Source of the DNA: Desulfobacterales bacterium
Lineage (GTDB): Bacteria > Desulfobacterota > Desulfobacteria > Desulfobacterales > JAHDSC01
NCBI GenBank assembly: GCA_040769985.1
Contig: JAXGJZ010000010.1
Span: forward strand, 6,472-70,471
Direction: 5' to 3'
DNA length: 64,000 bases
Within the stretch, counting starts at the first letter, position 1. Each line of letters starts with the position of its first letter. The notes below the pieces were generated by a model that ran no database searches, had not been told where the DNA came from, and was given only the letters and a program-made list of their open reading frames with translations. Positions 52,040 through 61,705 of this stretch are shown here, in pieces. The translations under genes were made by a program, and so were the position numbers.

Positions 52040-53515
52040 TCATCCGTTAGAATTTATTTTTATGGAATTGTTTTTTATTTTATAGGGAACCTCAATTACA
52101 ATTTTCGTGCCTTGTTCCGGAAAAGACTGAATATTGAAATCACCCCCAAGAAGGCTGACTCGTTCCTTCATACTGCGAAGCCCCATCCGTTTTTCATTTC
52201 TCGCTGAAGACATCCGGTGCGTCATATCGAAGCCTTTCCCGTCATCTTGAATCCGCAGGATAATATTCGGAAAAGCCGCTACCAGGCGGATGGTCACATG
52301 ACTGGCGTTTGCGTGCCTTTGAATGTTGTTCAGCGATTCTTGAACGATCCGATACAAGTTGATCGCCACATCAAAATCGAGTTTCGTGTCGTGGAGTCCG
52401 GCGGAAGAAAAATCGACCTTTATGCCGGTTTTTTTATAAAAATCTTCGCTATACTGAAAAAGCGCGCGGACCAGGCCCAGTTGATCCAGAATGGGAGGGA
52501 GTAAATCATAGGATAAATCCCGGACTCTCTGGATCGTTTCTTGAAGGATTCTGGAAAAGTTCAAGAATTTCTCCTTCATATCCGGCGGTAGTTTGTCCTG
52601 TTTATCGAAAAGCGTTTCGGATTGAATTTTCAAAGTGGAAAGATTTTGCGCCACCGTGTCGTGCAGGTGACAGGAGATACGCTGACGCTCGTTTTCCTGG
52701 GCTTTCAGGAGTCGTCGGGTGAGATTTTCAATTTGTTTTTCGGCGCGTTTTCTCTCGGTAATATCAGCCAGTATGGCTACGAACCGCATCTGGTCAATAG
52801 CGGTGGTGCGAAATTCGATCTCTTTGGATTCCCCGTCCTTGCAGACAATTTTAAAGACTCTGCTGATGCCTTTACCGTCCTCATCTTTTTTCCAAGTATC
52901 GATAACCTTGCGCCGGTATTCCGGGTCCGGGTACGCTTTTTTTAGCCAATCCTTCACGGTAGGCACATCTTCCAGCGAATAACCGGTGATGTTTGTGAAT
53001 TCGATGTTTAAATAGATATGGCGACCGTCTTTTTCGAATAAAGCGATCCCGTAAGGTGCCTTTCGAAAGGTGGAGAAGAAGGTTTCCCTCTCCTCATTCA
53101 GCGCTTCCTGAAGCCGGTGCCGTTCAATCGCATAACGGATGCAGCGTTCCAGCATGTGGGGTTTGATTTCGCTTTTATCCAGATAATCCGTCGCTCCGGC
53201 CTTCATTGCCTCAATATCGACTTTCCGGTCTCCTTGACCGGTCAGCATGATTATGGGGACTTTGCATCCCAGAGCCACTGCTTTGCGCAAAAGCTCCAAT
53301 CCGCTGGGTTCGCCCAGGCGGTAATCGACAAGGCAAACGTCGTGCCGGTTGGCGCGCATCGCCTCCAAACCCCTATCGTAACCGTCAACCCACTCAAGCT
53401 CGAAATCGAAATCATCAATTTCATAAAGCATATCGCGGGTCATCACATAGTCGTCCTCATCATCCTCAACGAGAAGTATTCTGAATTTATCGGAGCCCAC
53501 CTTAGTATCCAACAT
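52040..53515 (-). CDS. REC-PAS-HisKA_3 (NarX-type) histidine kinase
   Basis: LLVEDDEDD, LVDYRL; ERQRISCHLHD, YRIVQESLNNIQRHA, DDGKGF, GLRSMKER. Confidence 0.92.
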   Translation of the reverse strand: MLDTKVGSDKFRILLVEDDEDDYVMTRDMLYEIDDFDFELEWVDGYDRGLEAMRANRHDVCLVDYRLGEPSGLELLRKAVALGCKVPIIMLTGQGDRKVDIEAMKAGATDYLDKSEIKPHMLERCIRYAIERHRLQEALNEERETFFSTFRKAPYGIALFEKDGRHIYLNIEFTNITGYSLEDVPTVKDWLKKAYPDPEYRRKVIDTWKKDEDGKGISRVFKIVCKDGESKEIEFRTTAIDQMRFVAILADITERKRAEKQIENLTRRLLKAQENERQRISCHLHDTVAQNLSTLKIQSETLFDKQDKLPPDMKEKFLNFSRILQETIQRVRDLSYDLLPPILDQLGLVRALFQYSEDFYKKTGIKVDFSSAGLHDTKLDFDVAINLYRIVQESLNNIQRHANASHVTIRLVAAFPNIILRIQDDGKGFDMTHRMSSARNEKRMGLRSMKERVSLLGGDFNIQSFPEQGTKIVIEVPYKIKNNSIKINSNG

Positions 53516-53963
53516 GTTTGACCGGGAGTCTGACGATTTCGGACCAATATTTGACTACGGTTGTTATCGTGTCGGCCAAAGATTCAAACGTCAGCGGCTT
53601 GATTATAAATCCGCTTGCACCCAGATCATAGGCTTTATAAATGTCCTGGCCGGCTTGTGACGCGGTAAGCACGATAACCGGTATTCTTCGGAAATCCGGG
53701 TCGGCTTTAATTTCTTCCAGCGCTTCACGGCCGTCTTTTTTCGGCATATTGAGATTGAGCAGAATGAGGTCCGGATACCGTCGATGCTTCAGGGCCGAAT
53801 ATTTTCCGTTCCGGCGCAGATAATCCATCAGGTCCTCGCCATTTTCGACAAAATGGAGCAGGTTGCCCGGATGACCGGTTTCTAATGCCTCTTTCATCAA
53901 CATCCGGTCTTCCGGATCATCATCGGCATACAAAATTGTGAGCGGTTTTCCTTTTTGATTCAT
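53502..53963 (-). CDS. Rcp1-like single-domain response regulator (Asn at the phosphoacceptor position)
   Basis: YADDDPED, DLILLNLNMPKKDG, IPVIVLT, KP, YW. Confidence 0.88.
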   Translation of the reverse strand: MNQKGKPLTILYADDDPEDRMLMKEALETGHPGNLLHFVENGEDLMDYLRRNGKYSALKHRRYPDLILLNLNMPKKDGREALEEIKADPDFRRIPVIVLTASQAGQDIYKAYDLGASGFIIKPLTFESLADTITTVVKYWSEIVRLPVKHVGY

Positions 53964-55852
53964 TACCCGTTTCCTTCTTTGGGTTGTTTGGCGGGCAAAG
54001 TGACGGTGAACGTAGAACCTTGCCCGGGCGTGCTGTTTGCTGTTATCCGTCCGCCATGGCGCTCGACGATTTTTCGACAGACCGCAAGGCCGATGCCGGT
54101 TCCCTCGTAAATGCCGCGGCCGTGAAGACGCTGAAAAACCCCGAAGATTCGCTCCGCGTATTTTTCATCGAACCCGATGCCGTTGTCTTCGAACACGATT
54201 CGAAAAGCCTTGCCGCGTGATTCCCTGTTTTTATCTTTTAGAATTTGACTGCGGACTTTGACGATCGGAGGCACCCCCTCCCGATGAAACTTCAGCCCGT
54301 TGCCGATCAGGTTCTGAAACAATTGACCGATCTGGGTGGAATCGGCATCAATGGTCGGCAGATCATCCGCTTCCACGCGGCCCTTCGTCTGCTCGATGAG
54401 CAGTTCCAGGTTCAGCAGACTTTCCTTCACCACCTGCTTGAGATCGACCGGCGTAAAGGGCCGGGCCCGGGTGGTAACCCGGGAAAAGCTCAGCAGGTCG
54501 TTGATCAGAATCTGCATCCGTTTTGCCGCATTCTGCATCCGTTTTAAATAATCGCGTCCCTGGTCGTCGATGACCTCTCCGCACTTCGTGTTCAGGCGTT
54601 CGCCGAATGCCTGGATTTTTCGAAGCGGTTCCTGCAGATCGTGAGAAGCCACGTAGGCAAACTGTTCCAGCTCGGAGTTGGATCGCGCCAGTTCAAAGGT
54701 CTGCTGCGCGAGGGCCTCTTCGGCATGCTTGCGCTTCGTGATGTCGGTAATCACCGAAAAGCTGCCGGAAAAGTTGCCTTCCTCATCAAAAACCGTTCTG
54801 GGGGACATGATTGTGGTGACTTTTACGCCGTTTTTTCTCGTCCAGGTGATCTCGTACGGCTCATAGGATCCTTTTTCCCGTTTGGCCAATTGTTCTTCAA
54901 ATATGGACCGATTTTCATCGTCCAGAAACTCTTCCATGAAATGATTGATTAATTCTTCCTTCGAGCAGCCCCATATCCGGCAGAGGCTGTCATTAACAAA
55001 AGAGATGCGGCCGTTTTTATCCCTTACAATGAGGCCGTCGTTCATGGTGTCGACCAAGTTTCGATAGCGCTGCTCGCTTTTTCGGATCGCCTCTTCCGCC
55101 ATCCGGTGTTCCGTCATATCGCGGACCGATTCGATCGCACCGGCAATATTTCCATTGCTATCGTATATGGGACCGGCCTTGCCCCATAAATATAATATTT
55201 TGCCTTTCGGAGTCTGGATTCTTGTTTCCGCGATCAGGGAATCTTTTTCCTTACGGACGAAGGCATATTTCTGTTCCAATTCTTCATCCGGCTTGAAAAC
55301 CAGATCGATCACCAGGGGCCTTCTTTCGCCGTAAAACGGAAGCGCGTATTCGAAATTTCCTTTCCCGATAATATCCTGAGCGCTCACCCCGGTCATCTCT
55401 TCCATGGCCCGGTTCCAGGCAATTACCTTCCCCTCGAGGTCGATGGCGAAGGTGCTGTCCGGAAGAAAGTTAATAATCTCGGATAATCTTCTTTCCGACT
55501 CGATGAGTGCATCTTCCGCATGAATACGACCGGTGGTGCTCCGGATAAGCTTCGACACGGCAAAGAAACCGACAACCAGCGTCAGTGCGCTTTCATATAA
55601 CGCCTCCTGCCAGTTCATGGAAGTTTCCGGTGCTCCGAAAAGAAGGTGAGGAACATCCAGGAATTCATTCATCCATAATAGAATGCACAGCAGGATAAAC
55701 GCACCTGCTACCGGCATCCATATCCCGCTTCCCGGAACTGTTTCTTTAGCCGGATTGCGGTTCTTTCCCGATTTGTTTGATACAAAAATCCCCGGTTTCC
55801 CGTTTAAGGTCTCTCCGGGGATGTCGGCAGCTTTCATTTTTTGCTTGTTCAA
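53963..55852 (-). CDS. Membrane PAS-PAS histidine kinase (Cph1-type transmitter)
   Basis: Two TM helices, two PAS, LEQFAYVASHDLQEPLRKI, NLIGNGLKF, DNGIGF, GTGIGL. Confidence 0.92.
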   Translation of the reverse strand: MNKQKMKAADIPGETLNGKPGIFVSNKSGKNRNPAKETVPGSGIWMPVAGAFILLCILLWMNEFLDVPHLLFGAPETSMNWQEALYESALTLVVGFFAVSKLIRSTTGRIHAEDALIESERRLSEIINFLPDSTFAIDLEGKVIAWNRAMEEMTGVSAQDIIGKGNFEYALPFYGERRPLVIDLVFKPDEELEQKYAFVRKEKDSLIAETRIQTPKGKILYLWGKAGPIYDSNGNIAGAIESVRDMTEHRMAEEAIRKSEQRYRNLVDTMNDGLIVRDKNGRISFVNDSLCRIWGCSKEELINHFMEEFLDDENRSIFEEQLAKREKGSYEPYEITWTRKNGVKVTTIMSPRTVFDEEGNFSGSFSVITDITKRKHAEEALAQQTFELARSNSELEQFAYVASHDLQEPLRKIQAFGERLNTKCGEVIDDQGRDYLKRMQNAAKRMQILINDLLSFSRVTTRARPFTPVDLKQVVKESLLNLELLIEQTKGRVEADDLPTIDADSTQIGQLFQNLIGNGLKFHREGVPPIVKVRSQILKDKNRESRGKAFRIVFEDNGIGFDEKYAERIFGVFQRLHGRGIYEGTGIGLAVCRKIVERHGGRITANSTPGQGSTFTVTLPAKQPKEGNG

Positions 55853-56035
55853 AATTAATTATCTCCTGAAAAAGCAGGGCATCCGGAACGGATCCACCGC
55901 AGGTGTCTCAAAGCCATTAAATCGTTTGAACATATGATATCCATACAGAGAAAAGAGTTAAAAATCAATTTTTAAATGATTCCGGTTTCCCTTCATCCCA
56001 TGCGATGAAGGGATATCAACGGTTCGGACTTACCC

Positions 56036-56063
56036 TAAAGGACAACCGTTTTCCGGCCGATCA
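56036..56063 (+). promoter_or_regulatory. Possible sigma28 (FliA) promoter
   Basis: TAAA-N16-GCCGATCA upstream of the FlgM-like ORF. Confidence 0.4.
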
Positions 56064-56083
56064 AAAGATGAGAAAAATAATTA

Positions 56084-56365
56084 TTGAAAATTATCTATCG
56101 GCTCAAAACTCAGTATGTACCGGGGTTGATGATGCGGAAGCGGAAAAGGAAATTCGAGCGAAAGGCATTGGGGACCGGCCGTTGCGGAAAAATGCGGATA
56201 GCGAAAACGGCGATGAAATTTGCGCCTGAAATTCGACTGGAACGGGTGAAAGAAATCGAGCGGGCAATTTTGGAAAACAGATACAGAATTTTGCGGGAGG
56301 AAATCGCTGAAAAAATCATACGTGTTTTTCGGCGGTTGCCGGCAAAATCCATCCGAATCTTTTAA
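56084..56365 (+). CDS. FlgM-like anti-sigma28 protein (start uncertain)
   Basis: PEIRLERVKEIERAILENRYRI..EEIAEKII resembles the FlgM C-terminal motif. Confidence 0.5.
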   Translation: MKIIYRLKTQYVPGLMMRKRKRKFERKALGTGRCGKMRIAKTAMKFAPEIRLERVKEIERAILENRYRILREEIAEKIIRVFRRLPAKSIRIF

Positions 56366-56379
56366 GAAGGCGGGTTCAC

Positions 56380-56420
56380 AAAAGAAAAACCCCTGGGGCT
56401 GTTACACTCCCAAGGGTCTG
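56380..56420 (-). terminator. Intrinsic terminator after the RRM gene
   Basis: Minus strand ACCCTTGGGAG-TGTAACAG-CCCCAGGGGT then TTTTCTTTT. Confidence 0.65.
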
Positions 56421-56516
56421 TCAGAAAAAGAAAAACATACCGAGCATCCGTCCGAAGTACATGATATATATCGGCAGGGGCTCGGAGAAAACTAAAATGA
56501 TGCGGTTTGCATGACT

Positions 56517-56846
56517 TTATCTGTAACCGCCGCGGCCACCGCCGCCTCCGCCGTATCCGCCTTTACGGCCTCCGCCGTATCCGCTTTTACCGCCTCGGCC
56601 TTCGGTTCGAGGGCGCGCCTCATTCACGTTCAGGGTTCTTCCCTTTAAATCCTTGCCGTTCAAACCGTCGATTGCAGCCTGTCCCTCGGCTTTCGAAGGC
56701 ATTTCCACGAATCCGAATCCTTTTGATTGACCGCTGTATTTATCTGTTATAATGCTGACGGATTCGACCTGACCAAATTGTCCGAAAGTCTGCCGCAGGT
56801 CCTCTTCGGTGACTTCGTACGACAAGTTTCCCGCATAGATTTTCAT
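56517..56846 (-). CDS. RRM RNA-binding protein with Gly-rich tail
   Basis: AAGGAG RBS; IYAGNL (RNP2), KGFGFVEM (RNP1), VNEARPR. Confidence 0.95.
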   Translation of the reverse strand: MKIYAGNLSYEVTEEDLRQTFGQFGQVESVSIITDKYSGQSKGFGFVEMPSKAEGQAAIDGLNGKDLKGRTLNVNEARPRTEGRGGKSGYGGGRKGGYGGGGGGRGGYR

Positions 56847-56909
56847 TGAAATCTCCTTTCCTAAATAAATATAGAATTTCAACAGCCGGCATTCACATTC
56901 ACCCTAACG

Positions 56910-56958
56910 AAACAAAAGGGCACCCCCCTCGGAATTGGAAGGAATGCCCTTTTTGTTC
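56910..56958 (-). terminator. Terminator after the cold-shock gene
   Basis: AACAAAAGGGCA...TGCCCTTTTTGTT inverted repeat. Confidence 0.65.
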
Positions 56959-56970
56959 ATAATCAGATAC

Positions 56971-57171
56971 TTAGATTACAGTCACATTTACAGCAGCAGG
57001 GCCTTTTTGCCCCTGCTCAATGTCAAAGGAAACTCGATCGCCTTCGTTGAGGGATCTGAAACCGTCTGCTTTGATCGCTGAATGATGAACAAATACATCC
57101 GGTCCATCTTCCCGCTCAATAAACCCGAAACCTTTTTGGTCATTGAACCACTTCACCGTTCCATTGGTCAT
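56971..57171 (-). CDS. Cold-shock protein (CspA family)
   Basis: [31 protein letters not shown]. Confidence 0.97.
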   Translation of the reverse strand: MTNGTVKWFNDQKGFGFIEREDGPDVFVHHSAIKADGFRSLNEGDRVSFDIEQGQKGPAAVNVTVI

Positions 57172-57500
57172 GATAGCATTCTCCTTTCTTAGAAATTCTC
57201 AAGGTCGCAAACTGGAGGATGCTACTTTCACAAATGGATAGGTCCTTCAGAACGAAACCGTCCCGCCAATGATGGACAGGACTTTATTGATTAATCGGAC
57301 TATAGACCTTCTTTGGATTGATAGCAAGAGAATTATTGATTTTTTTCCAAAATTCTGGAAATGACGGATTTCATTCCCTATAAAAAATCCGGTTGTTGCA
57401 CCGAAACGTAATCCGGGTGATTCACAAAAGCAATAGAGAAGGTTGCCCCGAGATTGAGTAAAACGGCCGCTTATGGCGATATTTCGGATGAACCTCAACA

Positions 57501-57545
57501 GCGTGCGCTAATCCCGCAGCTTGCCTCGGGGTTAGCGAGCGAATC
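57501..57545. repeat. REP-like imperfect palindrome
   Basis: CGCTAATCCCGCAGC-TT-GCCTCGGGGTTAGCG hairpin. Confidence 0.45.
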
Positions 57546-58089
57546 AAAAATTAGATAAAAAATTCTTGCGGTGCGGACGATACACCCCGGCAATATATTC
57601 CGGTTCTGTAAAAAGACGGCGATCCCAGAATAAACGGGTCGGCGGTCGCTTGAAATAATTTTCTTCGAATGGGACGACGGCGGGAATGCGGTGGAAATCC
57701 TCGGTGTTTTCCGCTTCCATGATGTCGATGACATCGTCGACGGTAATAATTCCCAGCAGGCGGTTTTCCGCATCCACGACCGGCACCGCAAGAAAATCAT
57801 ATTTTGAAATGAGTGCGGAAACCCTTTCCACTTCCATATCGTAGTTCACCGAAATGACGTTGCGTTCCATAAGGAGAGTCTCGATGATTTTCACAGGGAT
57901 CGACTCCCGGGTCTCGATTGCCTCGGCAATGTAGGACGGATGCCGATTCCGCAACGCCTCCGGATCGATGCATGTATCGACCGGAAAAGAATCGGTATAA
58001 AGATATATGGGTTGAAGGATGGAGTCCATATCGGTGACTCCTTTCCATCTGGTTCCCATCACCCGAAGAACAAGAATCGAGGATCTCAC
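57544..58089 (-). pseudogene. MgtE magnesium transporter remnant
   Basis: HPSYIAEAIE joined to CBS KYDFLAVPVVD..LLGIITVDDVIDIMEAENTEDF; membrane domain absent. Confidence 0.75.
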
Positions 58090-58269
58090 CGATTCGTCAG
58101 AATGGATCGACGGGCGGAGCGAAGCGACTCCCGCTTTGTTTCCGGGCGGACAAGAAGCAAGAAGTTAAAATGATTTTACCGGAATTTCCGGATGGGTTGC
58201 AGGGACGACATGGTATTTTATCCATCCTTGTGGTATGAACAAATATTCTTTTTCCGTTTACTTCAATCA

Positions 58270-59160
58270 ATGGAAAGGCTGGTTTTCAGCCGAATGCGGA
58301 CTTTACAAATGTCGGATTCTCTTAAAAAAATAATTTGGAATCTATTTCTCCTTACCGGAGGTAGCGTGCTTTGCGCTCTTGCGGTCAACGGCATTCTTGT
58401 CCCTCATGAATTTATCAGCAGCGGCTTTACCGGATTGGCCATATTAATTTATTATTTATTTCCGGCACTCCCGGTCGGTCTTCTTTACCTGCTCCTCAAT
58501 ATTCCGCTTTTCATTCTCGGATGGATTTATGTCGGTCGCCGATTCTTTTTCTACAGCATCATCGGATTGTTCATTTATTCCATTTGCTTGATGGTGATCA
58601 AGACACCTGTCCCGGTTCAAGACCGATTACTCGGTGCGATGCTGGCAGGAATAATTTTCGGGGCGGGAACGGGAATCATCCTGAGATCGATCGGTTCTTC
58701 CGGAGGAACGGATATTCTTTCCATCGTATTACTGAAACGATTTTCCATCCGTTTGGGCAATACGGTGCTGGGGTTTAACTGCGTTCTCCTGCTGGGAGCG
58801 GCCTTTCTCTTTTCTCTGGAGGTGGCGCTTTACACGTTGATTTTCAGCTACGTCAATGCGCATATGATCAATCTTGTCGTCACGGGGCTGAGTCAGAGAA
58901 AAGCGGTTTTGATTATTTCTTCGCATTGGAAGGAAATTTGCGGAGAAATTCTGAAAGATATGAAAAGAGGCGTTACGGTAATCCGGGGAGAAGGAGGTTA
59001 TACCGGGGCGGAAGAGCGGATTTTATACACAATCACTACTTTCCGTGAACTGCCGAGGATCAAGGAACTGTTGAACCGTATTGACCCGGAGGCTTTTGTC
59101 GTTATCATGGATACACTGGAAGTAATCAACCAGCGCATCGGCAATCAGCCCCATTGGTAA
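58270..59160 (+). CDS. YitT-family membrane protein
   Basis: SSGFTGLA, LNIPLF, GSSGGTDI, RGVT..GEGGYTG, DPEAF; start could be 58192, 58270 or 58309. Confidence 0.92.
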   Translation: MERLVFSRMRTLQMSDSLKKIIWNLFLLTGGSVLCALAVNGILVPHEFISSGFTGLAILIYYLFPALPVGLLYLLLNIPLFILGWIYVGRRFFFYSIIGLFIYSICLMVIKTPVPVQDRLLGAMLAGIIFGAGTGIILRSIGSSGGTDILSIVLLKRFSIRLGNTVLGFNCVLLLGAAFLFSLEVALYTLIFSYVNAHMINLVVTGLSQRKAVLIISSHWKEICGEILKDMKRGVTVIRGEGGYTGAEERILYTITTFRELPRIKELLNRIDPEAFVVIMDTLEVINQRIGNQPHW

Positions 59161-59163
59161 TCC

Positions 59164-59178
59164 CTAACAGGGTGTTGA
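59164..59178 (+). repeat. Solo terminal-repeat remnant of MITE family A
   Basis: CTAA|CAGGGTGTTGA just after the yitT stop. Confidence 0.45.
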
Positions 59179-59209
59179 TTGCCCATTGCGATCATATGTT
59201 TGAGATGTA

Positions 59210-60118
59210 ATGAAGACCGTCTGTTTACGATCATCTCCGCCGAACGGTCGAATTTTACTTTCCGACGGTCGGCGACTTTCGTTTCAGGAATCGGGATCTG
59301 CCGACGGCCATCCGGTACTTTATTTCCATGGTTTTCCGGGTTCACGGCTGGAAGCGGGTTTTGCGGATCCGGCAGCCAAAAGACACAGCCTTAGAATTAT
59401 CGGCGTTGATCGTCCCGGTTTCGGATTATCTGATTTTCAACCCGGACGAAGACTGATCGACTGGCCGCACGATGTGACACAGCTGGCCGATGCGCTGAAT
59501 ATCAAGCGTTTTGCCGTTTTGGGAGTATCGGGGGGCGGACCGTATGCGGCGGTCTGTGCATTTAAAATTCCTTCCCGTCTGACGGTCGCGGGGATCGGGG
59601 GCGGATTGGGTCCGATCGATGTTCAAAAATCCATGGATCGAATGACGCCGGTCAATCGATTCGGCTTATATCTTTCTCAAAAGGCTCCCGGGCTGTTACG
59701 CGTGATTTTTCCGATGGTTGGGTTCGGCCTTCGCTGGTTCCCCGATCGAATTTTGGATTACATGGCGATCGGGGCCGGAAAACCCGATCGGATCGTGCTG
59801 ACGAATCCCCGGATCCGTCAGCTGATGTGTGATACGTTTCGAGAATCGGTTCGATCCGGGTATTCCGGTCCGGTGACGGATCTGATCATTTATGGACGCC
59901 CCTGGGGTTTCAGTCTCGAGGAAATCCCCATACCGGTTTATTTGTGGCACGGTGAGAGCGATCGGATTGTACCGGCGGGGATGGGACGCTATCTGGCAAG
60001 GTCGATACCCGAATGCCGTCCGACATTTTATGCGGGTGAAGGACATTTTTCTCTGGTTGCAAACCGGATGGAAGAAATTCTGGGCGTCATCGAGGGCTTG
60101 ATCCGTAATTCAGGGTAA
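59210..60118 (+). CDS. Alpha/beta fold hydrolase
   Basis: FHGFPGSR, DRPGFGLS, GVSGGGPYA, WHGESD, EGHFS. Confidence 0.92.
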   Translation: MKTVCLRSSPPNGRILLSDGRRLSFQESGSADGHPVLYFHGFPGSRLEAGFADPAAKRHSLRIIGVDRPGFGLSDFQPGRRLIDWPHDVTQLADALNIKRFAVLGVSGGGPYAAVCAFKIPSRLTVAGIGGGLGPIDVQKSMDRMTPVNRFGLYLSQKAPGLLRVIFPMVGFGLRWFPDRILDYMAIGAGKPDRIVLTNPRIRQLMCDTFRESVRSGYSGPVTDLIIYGRPWGFSLEEIPIPVYLWHGESDRIVPAGMGRYLARSIPECRPTFYAGEGHFSLVANRMEEILGVIEGLIRNSG

Positions 60119-60159
60119 AACCGATTCGCAGATCCGGCTTAATAAATAGGTAAATTCAA

Positions 60160-61551
60160 ATGACGGATCATTCCAGACAACTGGGAGAAGGGAGCATTCC
60201 CCGACTCTTGCTCAGATTTTCCATTCCGGCGATTGTCGGTATGGTGGCGCATTCCCTGTATAACGTGGTGGACCGGATTTTTGTCGGAAGGGCTGCCGGG
60301 GTGGAGGGAATTGCGGCCATCACCGTTTGTCTCCCGGCAATGCTGATTATCATGGGCTTCGTCATGCTGATCGGGCTGGGCGCCAATTCACTGGTTTCCA
60401 TTAAGCTGGGGGAAAGAAAAAAAGAAGACGCGGAAGTGGTTTTCGGCAATGCAATTGTGCTGCTGATTCTTGCGGCGCTTGTGCTTTCAATGGCAGGGCT
60501 GGCGTTTCTGGATCCCGTTCTGCGAATTTTTGGCTCCAGCGAGGCCATTTTGCCGCTTTCCCGTTCCTACTTGCGGATCGTTTTGATCGGAACGGTTTTT
60601 CAGTTTCTCGGTTTTGGAATGAATAACTTTATTCGGGGGGAAGGAAACCCCCGTATCGCCATGCTCACCATGCTCATCGGCGCGGCGCTCAATATCGTTT
60701 TGGATCCGATTCTCATTTTCGGTTTCGGTATGGGAGTGAAGGGGGCGGCGCTGGCTACCGTCATTTCCATGGCCATTTCGTCCGCATGGGTCGTTTCCTA
60801 TTTTTTAAGCGAAAAAAGCACTCTGAGGATCCGTTTTCAGAATTTTCGGGTTCGATGGGAGATTGTTCGTCCGATCATTTCAATCGGCTCTCCTCCTTTT
60901 GCGATGCATATCGCCGCCAGTGTTCTCAATTCGATATTGAACAATCAGCTCCTGGCCTATGGCGGCGAGTTGGCGATTTCCGTGATGGGGATTATTTTCA
61001 GCCTGGTGATGATTATTTTAATGCCGGTCTTCGGAATCAATCAGGGGGTTCAGCCGATTATCGGATATAATTATGGAGCCCGAAGGTTTGATCGCGTGAA
61101 AAAAGCACTCCTTCTGGCGATCGCGGCTGCAACCATGATCACGACAGTCGGCTTTGTCATAAGCCGTTTTTTTCCGGTTCCGCTCATTCGGCTTTTCAGC
61201 GAGAACGATCCCGCACTGGTTGAGCTGGGTGCCCATGCGATGGGTATTTTTTTGATGATGCTTCCGGTTGTCGGCTTTCAGATTGTGAGCGCAAACTACT
61301 TCCAGGCGGTCGGCAAACCAAAACAGGCTCTGTTTTTAAGCCTTAGCAGGCAGTTGATTCTGCTGATCCCCGCCATTGTCATCCTGCCGCGCTTTTTCGG
61401 GCTGGACGGTTTATGGTTTTCAGGCCCGGCATCGGATTTCGGATCTTCGGTACTATCCGGCATCTGGTTGTTTTTTGAGCTGCGAAATCTGGACCTGAAG
61501 CAGAGAGAAAGCGTAGCCTGCACCGCCGCTTCGGCACATTTCCCTTTATAA
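60160..61551 (+). CDS. MATE-family efflux transporter (MepA-like)
   Basis: LYNVVDRIFVG, NIVLDPILIF..GVKGAALAT, QPIIGYNYGA. Confidence 0.94.
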   Translation: MTDHSRQLGEGSIPRLLLRFSIPAIVGMVAHSLYNVVDRIFVGRAAGVEGIAAITVCLPAMLIIMGFVMLIGLGANSLVSIKLGERKKEDAEVVFGNAIVLLILAALVLSMAGLAFLDPVLRIFGSSEAILPLSRSYLRIVLIGTVFQFLGFGMNNFIRGEGNPRIAMLTMLIGAALNIVLDPILIFGFGMGVKGAALATVISMAISSAWVVSYFLSEKSTLRIRFQNFRVRWEIVRPIISIGSPPFAMHIAASVLNSILNNQLLAYGGELAISVMGIIFSLVMIILMPVFGINQGVQPIIGYNYGARRFDRVKKALLLAIAAATMITTVGFVISRFFPVPLIRLFSENDPALVELGAHAMGIFLMMLPVVGFQIVSANYFQAVGKPKQALFLSLSRQLILLIPAIVILPRFFGLDGLWFSGPASDFGSSVLSGIWLFFELRNLDLKQRESVACTAASAHFPL

Positions 61552-61705
61552 GCCCGGACAAGGCTTTTCCGGCATCCGCATCCAAAGGATCCTGAAAGGA
61601 TCGAAGGGGCTTATTGGTATCCCTTTAGTTGGGTCGCAGCATACGCCAAATTGAAGAATCCAGCGGTTTGCCGTGGGGAATGCGCTTGCGGTTGCGGTTC
61701 AAAAT

